Below, piece after piece: positions 28,669 through 39,517 of a DNA stretch of 64,000 nt. The notes beneath the pieces are model-generated. The model was given only the letters and a program-made list of their open reading frames with translations, searched no databases and was not told where the DNA came from. The translations under genes and the position numbers were made by a program. Numbering within the stretch: position 1 is the first letter of the stretch; each line of letters opens with the position of its first letter. This stretch comes from an uncultured Nitrospina sp. (GTDB taxonomy: Bacteria; Nitrospinota; Nitrospinia; Nitrospinales; VA-1), in contig CALAGQ010000038.1 in assembly GCA_937891765.1 (NCBI GenBank), positions 9,079 to 73,078 on the forward strand, read 5' to 3'.

Positions 28669-30420
28669 CTACGGTTTGAAACGGTTAGTCACTGGCAACC
28701 GCCTGTCTTTGCCGAAGGCTTTGGGAGTGATTTTTACGCCGGGGGGACCTTGTCGGCGTTTGTATTCGTTAAGATCCACCAGTCGGGCGATGCGTTTTAT
28801 TTCGGCTTTCGATAAACCCTCAACTTTGATTTCGTCGACAGACAAATCTTGTTCGATATACTTCAACAGCACGGGATCGAGCAGGTCATAAGGCGGTAAC
28901 GAATCGGTGTCTAACTGGTCCGGTCGAAGTTCTGCCGAAGGTTCTTTGGTGAGAACATTATTGGGGATGATTTCCTTTTCCCGATTCAGCCAATGCGAAA
29001 GTTCATAGACGAGGGTTTTGGGCACGTCTTTGATCACGGCGAATCCGCCTGCCATATCGCCATAGAGTGTGCAGTAGCCGACACTGACCTCACTCTTGTT
29101 ACCGGTGGTCAACACCAGCCAGCCGAATTTGTTGGAGAGCGCCATTAACAAATTACCGCGAATGCGGGCTTGCAGGTTTTCTTCCGCCAGACCGGGCATC
29201 GTCCCTCTAAAACTATCCTTGAGAGTGTACTCGTAAGCTTTCATGGCCGACACAATGGGGAAGGTGAATGTTTCTATATCCAGATTTTTTGCCAGTGCCA
29301 GCGCGTCATCGACACTGCCTTTGGAAGAATGCGGAGACGGCAGCAGCACGCCGACCACGTTATGATCTCTCAACGCCTCCACCGCTATGGCGGCGGTCAG
29401 GGATGAGTCGATGCCGCCGCTCAACCCCAGAACCACTTTGGAGAATCCATTTTTGTGAATATAGTCGCGGGTTCCCAGCACTAGGGCGGAATAGACTTCT
29501 TCCAACTCCGACTTTTCCCGATAGATATTGACGGGTATAACCTTGTTATCCTTTTTAACCTTTTTGGTTTTCAACAATGAGGCCGGTGTATGGACACTGC
29601 GGATTCCGGCGGCCTTCGTCTTGTTAGGTTTCGGCGAAAGAGTTATATCTGTATAAATAATTTCTTCTTCAAACGAGTTGCCCTGTGCCATGATTTTTCC
29701 ATCGGCACCCACGACCAGACTCTGGCCGTCAAACACCAGTTCGTCCTGTCCACCGACCAGATTGACATAGGCGATGGGACATTTATAACTTTTGGCGCGT
29801 TTGATGATCATCTGCCTGCGGGTTTTGCCTTTACCTTTATGGTAAGGCGATGAAGAGATGTTGAGCAGGAGGTCTATATGCTTGCTTAAAGTTTTCCCCG
29901 GCCCCGCTTCTTCCCAGATGTCTTCGCAGATGGTCAGTCCAATCTGCACACCTTTTAAAGAAAAGCGCAGCGGTTCGTCACCCTCTGTAAAATAGCGTTT
30001 TTCGTCGAACACGCCATAATTAGGCAGAAGCATTTTGCGGGCGGTGGCAATATGTTTTCCGTCACACATTAAAGCGGCGGAGTTATAAAGGTGTTTGCCT
30101 TGCCTCTCGGCGAATCCGATCACGGCTGTCAGACCGCGTGTCGTGGGAGCAATTTTTTTCAGGGTTTGTTGGCAGTCTTTGATAAAACTTTTTTTCAGCA
30201 ACAAATCTTCCGGCGGGTAACCCGTGACCATCAGCTCCGGGAACAGCACCACATCGGCGCCCATTTTGCGGGCTTCGGTGCAGGCCAATTTCACCTGCTC
30301 GGCGTTGGCCTGGAATCCACCCACTAGTCCGTTTACCTGCGCCAGCGCAAGGCGCAAAGACACTCCGGAGACGGGCCGACTCTTCTTTAGTTTCGCGGTT
30401 TTTTTTGTGCTTTTGACCAT
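28669..30420 (-). CDS. nadE: glutamine-dependent NAD+ synthetase
   Basis: nitrilase domain (FPEL, K, ICED), GLSGGIDS, ENLQAR, TGNKSE, PSAEL. Confidence 0.96.
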   Translation of the reverse strand: MVKSTKKTAKLKKSRPVSGVSLRLALAQVNGLVGGFQANAEQVKLACTEARKMGADVVLFPELMVTGYPPEDLLLKKSFIKDCQQTLKKIAPTTRGLTAVIGFAERQGKHLYNSAALMCDGKHIATARKMLLPNYGVFDEKRYFTEGDEPLRFSLKGVQIGLTICEDIWEEAGPGKTLSKHIDLLLNISSSPYHKGKGKTRRQMIIKRAKSYKCPIAYVNLVGGQDELVFDGQSLVVGADGKIMAQGNSFEEEIIYTDITLSPKPNKTKAAGIRSVHTPASLLKTKKVKKDNKVIPVNIYREKSELEEVYSALVLGTRDYIHKNGFSKVVLGLSGGIDSSLTAAIAVEALRDHNVVGVLLPSPHSSKGSVDDALALAKNLDIETFTFPIVSAMKAYEYTLKDSFRGTMPGLAEENLQARIRGNLLMALSNKFGWLVLTTGNKSEVSVGYCTLYGDMAGGFAVIKDVPKTLVYELSHWLNREKEIIPNNVLTKEPSAELRPDQLDTDSLPPYDLLDPVLLKYIEQDLSVDEIKVEGLSKAEIKRIARLVDLNEYKRRQGPPGVKITPKAFGKDRRLPVTNRFKP

Positions 30421-30514
30421 ATAATCTGGAAAATATGTGGATGCGTATTTCGGGTTCCTGTAGATTATACTATACTCGAACCCAATTCAAACTTGAGGCA
30501 TCTTAAGAACAACC

Positions 30515-30955
30515 ATGAGTAAAACCGAATCTAACCCCGCTGAAGAGAGCATTAAACATTCCATTCGCAAGAACGGGTTCCCGGAGAAGATTGTCCGGCT
30601 GCCTTTCAAGCCGGTTTACGACGCCTGCAAGAACCATGGCACCTCGTTGTCAGATGTGCTGGACAAGCTTCAGGAGGAACAGATTTTCGGCAAGATCATT
30701 GGCAACCATGTTGAGTTTCGCTCACGAGAGAAAATCGATTTCAAAGCGCCGGATGAAAAAGCCACTGACGAGTTTTCCTGGATCAAAGGTGCTGCCAACC
30801 TAAAAGGGTTTCAGGAGGCTGCCAAGAATGCTATGGGGGAGATGACACCGGAAAAATTGGACGAAGCCCGAAAAATGGTCGAAGGCATGAGCGACGAGGA
30901 AAAAATGAACATGATGAAGATGTTCACCCAGCGTTTTGACCCCGGAAAAAAATAA
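30515..30955 (+). CDS. hypothetical protein
   Basis: 146-aa ORF, typical codon usage, probably co-transcribed with the next gene. Confidence 0.75.
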   Translation: MSKTESNPAEESIKHSIRKNGFPEKIVRLPFKPVYDACKNHGTSLSDVLDKLQEEQIFGKIIGNHVEFRSREKIDFKAPDEKATDEFSWIKGAANLKGFQEAAKNAMGEMTPEKLDEARKMVEGMSDEEKMNMMKMFTQRFDPGKK

Positions 30956-30977
30956 TTACAGGACACTATAAAATACT

Positions 30978-31832
30978 ATGTTGATCTTCGCTAAAGATAT
31001 CAGTCAAAGAGAACACAAGCACGCACTGGAAGACAAACTCCCCGAACTGAAACAGTATATGGAATACCAGCGCAAGCTGTTTCCCTACACGGTTGTGCGG
31101 GCCGGGTTGGACCTAGCCTACAAGGAACTCGACGACATTATGAATTTTATCGATAACGATCACCGGCCCCCGGAAGACTCTTCCCGGAGGGAGTACCCTG
31201 CCGATGTCAAGCAATGGTACAAAAGCCGGTTCCCCTGGGCCTCAGCTTTTCTGAAAATGGAAGACATGCATTTCGCGCTGGTCGTTCTCGTCAAGGCGAT
31301 GGATTCGTTTCGCACTCACGAATCAGCCAACGCCTATCACTGGGCCGTGCTCTATGATTCCGTCCACAATATTATTCAAGTTTACAACGACCTGATTCGG
31401 AATGATCCCGGTAATTCCCGCGACATTCATTTGAGCAATGCAGTGGAAGTAAACTTTGATGACTTCATCAACAATTACTGGCCCAATCTGGATTTTATGA
31501 TTTTCTCTCAGGCCGATTATCCGCACGCCTGCCATCAGGAAAGAAAAGGTTCACTGGAAGAAGAAATCAAAGACGTTATGTCAGAAGGCGTGGAACCTCT
31601 GGTTGCTCTGGAGAAACTCGACACCCCACTCGATTCCTCCACCCTCAAACTTCTCAGGCGCGACCCGGTCGAAACCCGGTTTCTCGAATTAAAAAGCGTT
31701 ACGGATACCGGCAACGAGTTCGACAGCATCTATAAAGAATTTGTGGAGAATTCTCAACACGGCAGGCTGAGTGTTATCGATGCAGAGTATCTAAAAAGCT
31801 CTGAGCATACAAAAGCAGAGACCCCCCACTAG
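30978..31832 (+). CDS. hypothetical protein
   Basis: 284-aa ORF with no family recognised. Confidence 0.8.
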   Translation: MLIFAKDISQREHKHALEDKLPELKQYMEYQRKLFPYTVVRAGLDLAYKELDDIMNFIDNDHRPPEDSSRREYPADVKQWYKSRFPWASAFLKMEDMHFALVVLVKAMDSFRTHESANAYHWAVLYDSVHNIIQVYNDLIRNDPGNSRDIHLSNAVEVNFDDFINNYWPNLDFMIFSQADYPHACHQERKGSLEEEIKDVMSEGVEPLVALEKLDTPLDSSTLKLLRRDPVETRFLELKSVTDTGNEFDSIYKEFVENSQHGRLSVIDAEYLKSSEHTKAETPH

Positions 31833-31845
31833 CCTTGTTACAAGT

Positions 31846-31960
31846 TACCTGCGGAGTTTTCCGCCCACTCGCCGTGGTGGCAATGAGCAAAGGCTCCATG
31901 AGCAGCAAGCATCGTTGCTAGCAGTAAAAAGCAATTATAATCTACCTGCGGAGTTTTCCG
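31846..31960 (+). repeat. repeat core flanked by an 18-bp direct repeat
   Basis: TACCTGCGGAGTTTTCCG at 31846-31863 and 31943-31960; core variant CCACTCGCCGTGGTGGCAATGAGCAA at 31865-31890. Confidence 0.75.
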
Positions 31961-34900
31961 TGGGTGGAGTCAGACCGAGATAACCCGATTCATTCATCTG
32001 GATGCGGCGCGGTTTTTTCAAGGTAATGGCCGCAGTATCATCCACCTTTTCCCTGACCCGTTTCTTCCTTTTAGCGGATCTCTGTCTGGAGCGGGTCTTT
32101 TTATTCGGGGTTTTCCATTCAGCCACTTCCAGAGTGGGTTGCTTCGAGCCTCCCCAGAAAGACTGGCTCACTTCCATGCTATCAAATTTTCCATCGGTTC
32201 CTGCGGCCAGCTCAACCAGCTCAAACTTCTCACTGAAAAGATCCGCCGTGAAGGGTCCGTTTGGGGAGCCGGCAACACGGTCTGCCGGTGTCTTCTCCAG
32301 AAAATCAGGACCCTTCAATTCGAAGATACCAAAACTAAGTTGATTGACGCTACTGTCCGTAAGCTGGCCCAGGGTTTTCCCGGTGCCTTCTATGAGTTCG
32401 TTCCTGATGTCGCGGCGCAGGAACAAACACGCTCCCGTACAATTTGTTTTTCCGGTAATCTCCCCTTCAAAAGAAACCTGAACACCCCCTCCAGCATTGT
32501 TGATTTTAAAAATATCCAGATCATCAAATTCGAAAATGTCGATACCACCGGATGTTGAATTTTCGATATCCACAGATTTGACTCTCGTCTCAATGGCATT
32601 GGTTGAGCCGAACCCGGTCGCGAACTTGGCGACCAGCCTGCCGTTTGCCGCGTCAACATCAAGCCATGCGTCAGCACCATTCGCTCCACTACCCTGGGTT
32701 GTGGTCGGCGGCAATACGGTATCACCGTCGACCAAGCCGCCACTGGTTGAAGTTAACGTGACCGCCGTGTCCGAAGAGTTCGCGGTTCTCACCAACCCGA
32801 GAGTGATGTCTTCATCGGCAGAAAGTGCCAGGGTTCCAGTACCCGCGTTAAACACCGTTCCATCGACCATGGTCAAAGCTCCGCCTGATCCGTTTGCACT
32901 GGAATCGGCATCGGCGGTGACGGTTATTCCGGTAGTGGCGGTCAAGTCGCCTGCAGTGGTGAAAATGATGTCATCATCTGCAAGAAGGATGATAGAACCG
33001 CCAGCCGACCCAGCTCCTGTCACATTGAGGGAATTGCCTACCGTTACATCAAGGTTGCCACCAACGGTGGAAGTGGAAAGCGTCACCGCGTTGCTACTTA
33101 CTAACGTGGCGTTGCCGGAACTTCCCGTAGTGTTCATACTCACTGCGCCGGTGAACACGTTAGAGGTATTGTCCAGAGTGATTGCCTGATTGGCAACATT
33201 CGTGGTGAAGCTGGATGTTCCTCCTACTGTCAAAGCCCCGGTATCGGTGATCGCTCCACCTGAAATGACGTTCATATTTCCGGTAGTCGATACATCCACC
33301 ACAAAACCGACACCTCCTGTTCCGGCGTTTATCGTCAAGTCGCCCAGCCCTGATGAAAGGCCGGTATCGAAGTTCACAGCACTTCCCGCTTTGGTAGCGT
33401 TCAACGTCAACGGGGTCGATATGGTCGTTAACCCTCCTACCGTGATCGTGCCATTGGTGTTATCCCCTACGATCAGGCTACCGGCGGTGATCTGGTTCAA
33501 TTTGGCTGTTGTCAGAGAAAAAGTTCCTGCGCCCGTGCCCAGCCCAATGGTTGTGTCCGCACGAGATGCCTGAATGGTTGTCGAAGCGGTACCACTACTC
33601 AATGTCCCGCCAAGGGTCATTCCATTAGAATTGATCAGCAAAGAATTATTACCCGCACTGACGTTGCCAGAAGTTAAGGTGAAATCACCCGTATTGAGAT
33701 CATCCGTATCCGCGTTGAAACTGGTCGTGCCGTTGGTGGTCAGGCCAGAAGCAATATTGATCCCCTCTGCCGCGTTCACCGTCAAACCCTGACCGAAGGT
33801 GGAGGCCGTCGTCGCTCCAAAAGTTACCGCAGCACCAGAGCTCAAAGTGAGTGTTCCAAACTGGTCGCTATTGAGAGAGGTCACTCCATCAACGTTAATA
33901 GCTCCTCCACTAGTCGCATCACCGATGGTGAGACTGTTGGCAGTGATATTTCCCAGCTCTGCGTCATCCAGGCTCATAGTGCCAGCCGTTGTTCCCAGTC
34001 CAATCGTGCCTCCAGTGGAAGCCAAAATAGTGGTACCGGCATTTCCACTGCTAAGGGTACCGGCCAAGATCAAGTCCCCTGCCGTAATGGCGAGAGTATT
34101 ATTAGTCGTGCTCAATGCCTTGCCGGTAGCAGTTGTGAAGGTTCCTGTACTGTCATTATTGCTATCGGCATCGAAAGCGGTGGCACCCGCCGCTGTAAAA
34201 TTATCGTTGATGGTGATGCCACTGTCCGCATTGAAGGTCACCGCCCCCGCCGCCGATGTGCCCGATGTGGTTGCATTTAAAGTGATGCTACCCCCATTAG
34301 CCGTGAGCACTGCCCCTGAGGCCAGGGAAAGGCTGGCATCTGTACCCGCACCGTTGTTTAGAATCAGGTTCCCCGTCGAGGAAATGGTTTTGCTGTTGAT
34401 GACCAGTCCATTGGCGGCAGACAAAGTCATCGCTCCCTGCCCGGTAATCGTTCCGTTCGTCTGTCCCAGGGTCAATATTCCGGAAACGCTTACAGCACCT
34501 AGTCCCACAGTGATGTTGCCGCTAATCAGATTGAGGTCGCCGGTGATTTGACCCAGCTCAGCAGTGCTGATATCCATTCCCGAAAACGCGGAAGGAGACC
34601 CCAGACCCAAGGCTCCGCTGTTCGATACATTGATGGTGGCTGCGCTGGCACTTATCAGCCCAACCAAACTCAAATCACTGGCAGTGACAGTGAGGGCATT
34701 ACTGGTGGTAGACAAGGTGCCGGATGAAATGGTGAAAATACCCACACTATTGCTGTCAGTGTCGGCATTGATATTTACTGCACCATTGGTGGAAAAACCA
34801 TTCAGGGTGATTCCCGAATTGGCGTTCAGGGTCGCCGTCCCAGCGGGAGCTGAGGTCAACGCGTTGTTGACCTCGATGGTTCCGTTCGACGTAAGCGTAA

Positions 34901-37709
34901 ACGCTCCGTTCGCGGTGATCGATCCTCCTGAAGCAGCCAGAATAATGTTCCCAGCCGAGGAAGTGATGCCCATGCCGCTGACAAGTGTGAGCCCGCTGCT
35001 ACCACCTTCTAGATTAATATTGCCCGCCGCGGTTAATGTGCTGTTGTTTAAAGTCAGACCGTTTGCCGTCATCGTCACCGCTCCCGCAGAATTCAGGGAA
35101 CTGTTTATGCTCGTAGCGCCTGTGGAAGTCAGAGTCATAGCACCTAAAGAGCTGATGTTACCCGCCGCAAGAGTCAAGGTGCTGGCAGAATTTAAAGCGG
35201 CTCCACTTGCTAATGACAAGGTTGATGAATTTGCGTTGATGTTTAAATTACCACCCGATGAAGTGGTGATGTCACCATTTAAAGTAATTCCGTTACTTGC
35301 AGTCAGGGCAACGTCTCCTGTCGCTGTCAAGTTACCCGTTAGCGTGATGCTTGAGGGCGCGGTCAGAGTTAAAGCGCCTACGACACTTATCCCTCCAGTG
35401 GTGGCGCTCAGTGAGATGTCCCCCGCACTGATCAAAGTGACTCCGTTGGCAATAGTGACATCCTCATTAAACGTGGCATGCGGCGTATTCTCTGTAACGT
35501 TGTTGGAGTCCCCGTCCAGAGCCAAAGCGCCAACGGTGGTTGTCAGGTTGGCGTCGATCGTCATGCCATTCACCGACTTGGCTGTCAAAGTTGAAAACGT
35601 GGAGGCGCCACCTTGAAAAATTATTCCCCCGTTTGAACCGGATATATGCGCATCTTTCAGTTCCACTCCACCCGTGAAAGTGGCGGTGGTCTGGGTCACC
35701 CCATCAACATAGACCGTTCCGTTTTCTGAGCTGCCGTTGATGAGGAGTTTATTGCCACTCATTTGTCCAAGCTCGGTGTTGCTGATTGTCATACCACAGG
35801 CGACGCCGCCACACGTGGTGCCGCTAACGTCGCCAACCCCTATAGTTCCAAATCGGGCTTCAGTAATACTTATATCTCCCGCGCCTGCATTCAGGAGTGA
35901 TGAGCCACCGAGCGTCAAGTCACTCCCGGTCAATAATATATCTCCACCATTCGAGCTCAGATTGCCCAGAGTCAAGGCTCCGGAAGCCTTGAAAATAATA
36001 TCTCCACCTTGAGTGGATATGGTGTCCAGAGTGTTAGCAAAACTAATGGTACCGTTCAGCACCCTGAAGGTAACCGAATTGCCACTGCCTTGTTTCATGT
36101 TGAGAACATTGTCACTGAGATCGTTCAACACAATACTATTGTTGGCCTGAAGAATAACGTTGGTGAACTGGGAGGCATTCTCAAGGGTTTGCTCAGAAAT
36201 AGTAGCAATACCGGTTACGGCAGAACTGGCGCTGGCACCCGATCCATTTGTAATGTTAATAGTGTCCGGATCAAGAAGAAGGGTGCCGGTTTTGCCATTG
36301 GCGGCAGTGGTGTCTACCGAGCCATCAAAATACAGTTCTTCTTTTCCGGAAACCTCTACCAGCCCGCCATCGCCAAAGTATTGCCCGCCGCGGCCTTTGA
36401 CAATACCGTAAAATCGCATGCGCCGATCGGCCCAGAAAATTACTTTACCGCCATTGCCGCTGGTCACCGCATCTGCAAAGGTTTGAGTATTTGGCCCAAT
36501 ATATACTTCATCTGAGTTAGGAACCGAGCCCTGGCCTTGATAGTCACCGCCAAAAAGAACTGTCCCTCCACCCAGGTCGCCCGATACATCAATGAGACCA
36601 TTGCCAGAAAAGCTCAACATTTCGCCGAGGACATGAACGGTGCCTCCTGTTTCGCCTTCACCGTAGCCCGAGGCATCCAGTGTGCCGGTCACGCTGACTT
36701 CGCCAGCGTCCCCGCCCGAGAGGATGATCGTTCCATTTTGTTCAGACACTGAATGCGCCTGGATAACGCCATCCATATTGATCACCCGATCCAGAATATT
36801 CTGGGCCGCACTGACATCCATCCTAACCACTCCGCCATCGGCAAAGATGCTTCCGCTATTGGTGACGAGAGAAGATAAAACTTCTCCATCCATTCCAGTC
36901 ACCTGACCCATCACTTGGCTATCCACGCCAAGATTGATAAGTTGATCGCCATACAAGTCCACCGTAAAAGTTCTTCCGGAAGCCAGGCTCACCTTGCCCA
37001 GACGTGCACTGATGATCCCCGTGTTCCTCACACCGGGAGCGACCAGAGCAACCAGTCCACCTTCGGCCGCAGTTATCCTGCCCTGGTTGACCACCGCCGA
37101 AGACAAGCTTGCAGGAATGCCGAAGTTATAATTACCGTTCAAAAAATCCGCATTGGAAATATCACTGGTGGTCGCGATCAAGCCATGAACGTCCACCTGT
37201 GCGTTGCTACCAAAAAGGATTCCGTTAGGATTGATCAGCCAGAGATCGCCGTTGGACGTCAACTTACCAAAGATCTGCGAGACGTCGTTGCCGGTTACCC
37301 GGTTGAGCGTTACCCCACCTTGGGACAGTTGGAAGTCAACCTGTTCGGTGCTGCCAATGCCAAATCCCTGCCAGTCGATGATGGCCTTTTCGGTAGTTTG
37401 CTGAATGATCATTTGCTCGGCAGAAGGCTGATCAATGGTGGCCGACCCGGCTTGAACGGTTCCGCCAGTAGGAAGGGCAAAGACCATGGAAGGGAAAATG
37501 CCAATAAGATAGCTCAAAAATGAAACCAGAAAAATAGCCGCGTTACTCGGTTTTTTCGGAATCCGAAAAACTCCTCGTCGGAGGGGCAATGAACCATTAC
37601 CCTTTGCCCTCCCAACACGGTTTGATCGCAAAGCAGAGACGTTGGTATTTTCACTACCACCGCCGGCTACGCCGGGAAACGCCATCTGATTCATTTTAAA
37701 AACGTTCAT
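31935..37709 (-). CDS. TpsA filamentous-haemagglutinin-family exoprotein, 1924 aa
   Basis: TPS domain (NRVTG, LINPNGILFG, ALVAPGVRN), GGLVEVSG..GTLLLDP, long G/T/S/A-rich beta-helical repeats. Confidence 0.93.
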   Translation of the reverse strand: MNVFKMNQMAFPGVAGGGSENTNVSALRSNRVGRAKGNGSLPLRRGVFRIPKKPSNAAIFLVSFLSYLIGIFPSMVFALPTGGTVQAGSATIDQPSAEQMIIQQTTEKAIIDWQGFGIGSTEQVDFQLSQGGVTLNRVTGNDVSQIFGKLTSNGDLWLINPNGILFGSNAQVDVHGLIATTSDISNADFLNGNYNFGIPASLSSAVVNQGRITAAEGGLVALVAPGVRNTGIISARLGKVSLASGRTFTVDLYGDQLINLGVDSQVMGQVTGMDGEVLSSLVTNSGSIFADGGVVRMDVSAAQNILDRVINMDGVIQAHSVSEQNGTIILSGGDAGEVSVTGTLDASGYGEGETGGTVHVLGEMLSFSGNGLIDVSGDLGGGTVLFGGDYQGQGSVPNSDEVYIGPNTQTFADAVTSGNGGKVIFWADRRMRFYGIVKGRGGQYFGDGGLVEVSGKEELYFDGSVDTTAANGKTGTLLLDPDTINITNGSGASASSAVTGIATISEQTLENASQFTNVILQANNSIVLNDLSDNVLNMKQGSGNSVTFRVLNGTISFANTLDTISTQGGDIIFKASGALTLGNLSSNGGDILLTGSDLTLGGSSLLNAGAGDISITEARFGTIGVGDVSGTTCGGVACGMTISNTELGQMSGNKLLINGSSENGTVYVDGVTQTTATFTGGVELKDAHISGSNGGIIFQGGASTFSTLTAKSVNGMTIDANLTTTVGALALDGDSNNVTENTPHATFNEDVTIANGVTLISAGDISLSATTGGISVVGALTLTAPSSITLTGNLTATGDVALTASNGITLNGDITTSSGGNLNINANSSTLSLASGAALNSASTLTLAAGNISSLGAMTLTSTGATSINSSLNSAGAVTMTANGLTLNNSTLTAAGNINLEGGSSGLTLVSGMGITSSAGNIILAASGGSITANGAFTLTSNGTIEVNNALTSAPAGTATLNANSGITLNGFSTNGAVNINADTDSNSVGIFTISSGTLSTTSNALTVTASDLSLVGLISASAATINVSNSGALGLGSPSAFSGMDISTAELGQITGDLNLISGNITVGLGAVSVSGILTLGQTNGTITGQGAMTLSAANGLVINSKTISSTGNLILNNGAGTDASLSLASGAVLTANGGSITLNATTSGTSAAGAVTFNADSGITINDNFTAAGATAFDADSNNDSTGTFTTATGKALSTTNNTLAITAGDLILAGTLSSGNAGTTILASTGGTIGLGTTAGTMSLDDAELGNITANSLTIGDATSGGAINVDGVTSLNSDQFGTLTLSSGAAVTFGATTASTFGQGLTVNAAEGINIASGLTTNGTTSFNADTDDLNTGDFTLTSGNVSAGNNSLLINSNGMTLGGTLSSGTASTTIQASRADTTIGLGTGAGTFSLTTAKLNQITAGSLIVGDNTNGTITVGGLTTISTPLTLNATKAGSAVNFDTGLSSGLGDLTINAGTGGVGFVVDVSTTGNMNVISGGAITDTGALTVGGTSSFTTNVANQAITLDNTSNVFTGAVSMNTTGSSGNATLVSSNAVTLSTSTVGGNLDVTVGNSLNVTGAGSAGGSIILLADDDIIFTTAGDLTATTGITVTADADSSANGSGGALTMVDGTVFNAGTGTLALSADEDITLGLVRTANSSDTAVTLTSTSGGLVDGDTVLPPTTTQGSGANGADAWLDVDAANGRLVAKFATGFGSTNAIETRVKSVDIENSTSGGIDIFEFDDLDIFKINNAGGGVQVSFEGEITGKTNCTGACLFLRRDIRNELIEGTGKTLGQLTDSSVNQLSFGIFELKGPDFLEKTPADRVAGSPNGPFTADLFSEKFELVELAAGTDGKFDSMEVSQSFWGGSKQPTLEVAEWKTPNKKTRSRQRSAKRKKRVREKVDDTAAITLKKPRRIQMNESGYLGLTPPTENSAGRL

Positions 37710-37717
37710 AAAAATCC

Positions 37718-39517
37718 TTAAAACCTTGCTGATAGACTGAAAAATGTGCGCCCATTCTTGTCACCTTCTGATCCCACGATACGATTGATCGGCTTGTCCC
37801 ATTCAACATATCCTGAGATCTCATCCGTTATGTTGAACCGGACACCGACTCCCATCGAATAAATATCCTCAGTTTTAGAACCGGTGGCGGTTGGAAGACG
37901 GTTCCAAACCTTCCCGTAATCGAAAAAGCTATAAGCCTGTAAATCCCTGAAGTATTTTTTCTTCGGCTGGAAGGCTTTTTGCAATTCCAGCTTAAGGGCC
38001 AAGCCCTGGTCTCCGGTAATTTCAGAAGAATCATAAGCCCGACCAAACTGCGCGCCGCCCACACCAAATTCCTCGGAAGCCAAAAGCTTTTCAAACGAAT
38101 ACTGCCAGGAAAGCGCCCCCAACAACATCCACGAAGGTGCTAATTGCTGAAGCCTGAGCGCTTGTCCGGAAAGCTTGGAAAAATCACTGTGCCCCAGACT
38201 GCGGGTCAGCTTTTCTGATCCCGGCTCCGTCGCGTCGAAAATATCAAAGCCTTTGCTCAAATTGAAACTGACCAGATTGACGCCTCGATATTCGTCGACA
38301 AAATCGTAGGAAACTCCCAGATTGACGATGCGGAGGCGGTCTTCTGAATCCAGTTTTCCAAGAATCTCTGTTTCCGAATCTCGGTTCGTATATCCCAGAA
38401 ACCCATTCAGGTTTTCAGATCTGGATCGGATGAAGGGATGCGTTATTTTGAGCGTGAAGGTTTTACTTTCCCCCTCCACCTCAAAAATTTCAAGGGCAGA
38501 ACCGGGTGCGGAATCACTGATAGATCCGGAAAAAAACAGTTTGGTGCCTTCCGAAGATATGGGCTGTTCATAGAAGCCGCTGAAAAACTTCAGTTCATCC
38601 GTGTTACTGGTGACCACACCCTGCAAGCCGATGCGCTCATAGTTTCTGAGAAGAGAATTGCTGGATAGCCCGGCATTAATCTGATACGGTCCGTTGAACT
38701 TGGTGCCGCGGTTGTCTGCACCAAAACTTCCGTCGTAGCCTTTATTATTAAGAATCAGTGTCAGGTTGGTGGCACCCTGTTTAAACTTGGAAGGCGTGAG
38801 AACCGATTTAACCGAAACCCCCGGCAAGTCATCCACCAATAACAAATATCTCTCGAGGTCCTTGGCTTTCAGGGGCCGGGATTTTAAAAGTCCTTTGCGA
38901 TATACGTTGAGAAGCTTTCTTGGGCCACGCACCTGACCTTGAATGGCAACCCGATCAACAAAACCCTCAATCACATCGATTTGAACCACACCCCCCTCAA
39001 TTTTCTGGGGAGGCACCACCGCTTTGGAGAGGATGTAGCCATCATTGCGATACATGTTTGTAATTGCCTGGGCAATACTATAAATCTGCGTGAGATCTAC
39101 TCTCCGGTGCAGATACTTTCTGAACAACCGCGAAAATTGCCGCTTGCCATAAATCGTCGAGCCCTTGATGATCATTCTCTGGAGAAGAAAATTCACCTTC
39201 CTCATCTCGGCCGGGAAAGTAGGCTTCAAGCTGTCCGGTTGCACAGGAACTACCTGCGATTGCGGGAACTCCTGTTTTTTAAATCTCTCCTCAAATCGAT
39301 CCGGGGCCGCCTGCTTGTAGGTCTGGTCCCGTCCCTGAGGGGTAATTTGAGCGTAGGATAGCGATGCCATAGAACTCCACCAAAGGCAGGCAAAAAAACC
39401 TATCAGCAATACTTTGCTATAAATCCGGGTTTTTGCCTGATTCCAGTTCATACACCTTTCCCAGTTCTTAGCGGCATCCATGAGCCTAAAGTTAAGCATT
39501 TCCGACATCGACCACAA
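37718..39517 (-). CDS. TpsB (ShlB/FhaC/HecB) transporter; probable start 39451
   Basis: POTRA-like YRNDGYILSKAVVPPQ..IEG, GGAQFGRAY, terminal FSLSARF; AAGG RBS before ATG 39451. Confidence 0.92.
   Translation of the reverse strand: MWSMSEMLNFRLMDAAKNWERCMNWNQAKTRIYSKVLLIGFFACLWWSSMASLSYAQITPQGRDQTYKQAAPDRFEERFKKQEFPQSQVVPVQPDSLKPTFPAEMRKVNFLLQRMIIKGSTIYGKRQFSRLFRKYLHRRVDLTQIYSIAQAITNMYRNDGYILSKAVVPPQKIEGGVVQIDVIEGFVDRVAIQGQVRGPRKLLNVYRKGLLKSRPLKAKDLERYLLLVDDLPGVSVKSVLTPSKFKQGATNLTLILNNKGYDGSFGADNRGTKFNGPYQINAGLSSNSLLRNYERIGLQGVVTSNTDELKFFSGFYEQPISSEGTKLFFSGSISDSAPGSALEIFEVEGESKTFTLKITHPFIRSRSENLNGFLGYTNRDSETEILGKLDSEDRLRIVNLGVSYDFVDEYRGVNLVSFNLSKGFDIFDATEPGSEKLTRSLGHSDFSKLSGQALRLQQLAPSWMLLGALSWQYSFEKLLASEEFGVGGAQFGRAYDSSEITGDQGLALKLELQKAFQPKKKYFRDLQAYSFFDYGKVWNRLPTATGSKTEDIYSMGVGVRFNITDEISGYVEWDKPINRIVGSEGDKNGRTFFSLSARF

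Noticed and set aside
28547-28891. ORF MTTNSHPIRRREPLK.. and similar 9277-9570
   Set aside because: Translations of REP-like elements (IASLRSQ and SLRGANC patterns) overlapping real genes
30515-31832. Two hypothetical genes as TpsA immunity proteins
   Set aside because: They are convergent rather than co-transcribed, and TpsA shows no CDI toxin architecture
32002-37523. Long plus-strand ORFs opposite tpsA (e.g. 34564-35616, 33799-34551)
   Set aside because: Antisense shadows of a repetitive GC-biased coding strand; no motifs or RBS
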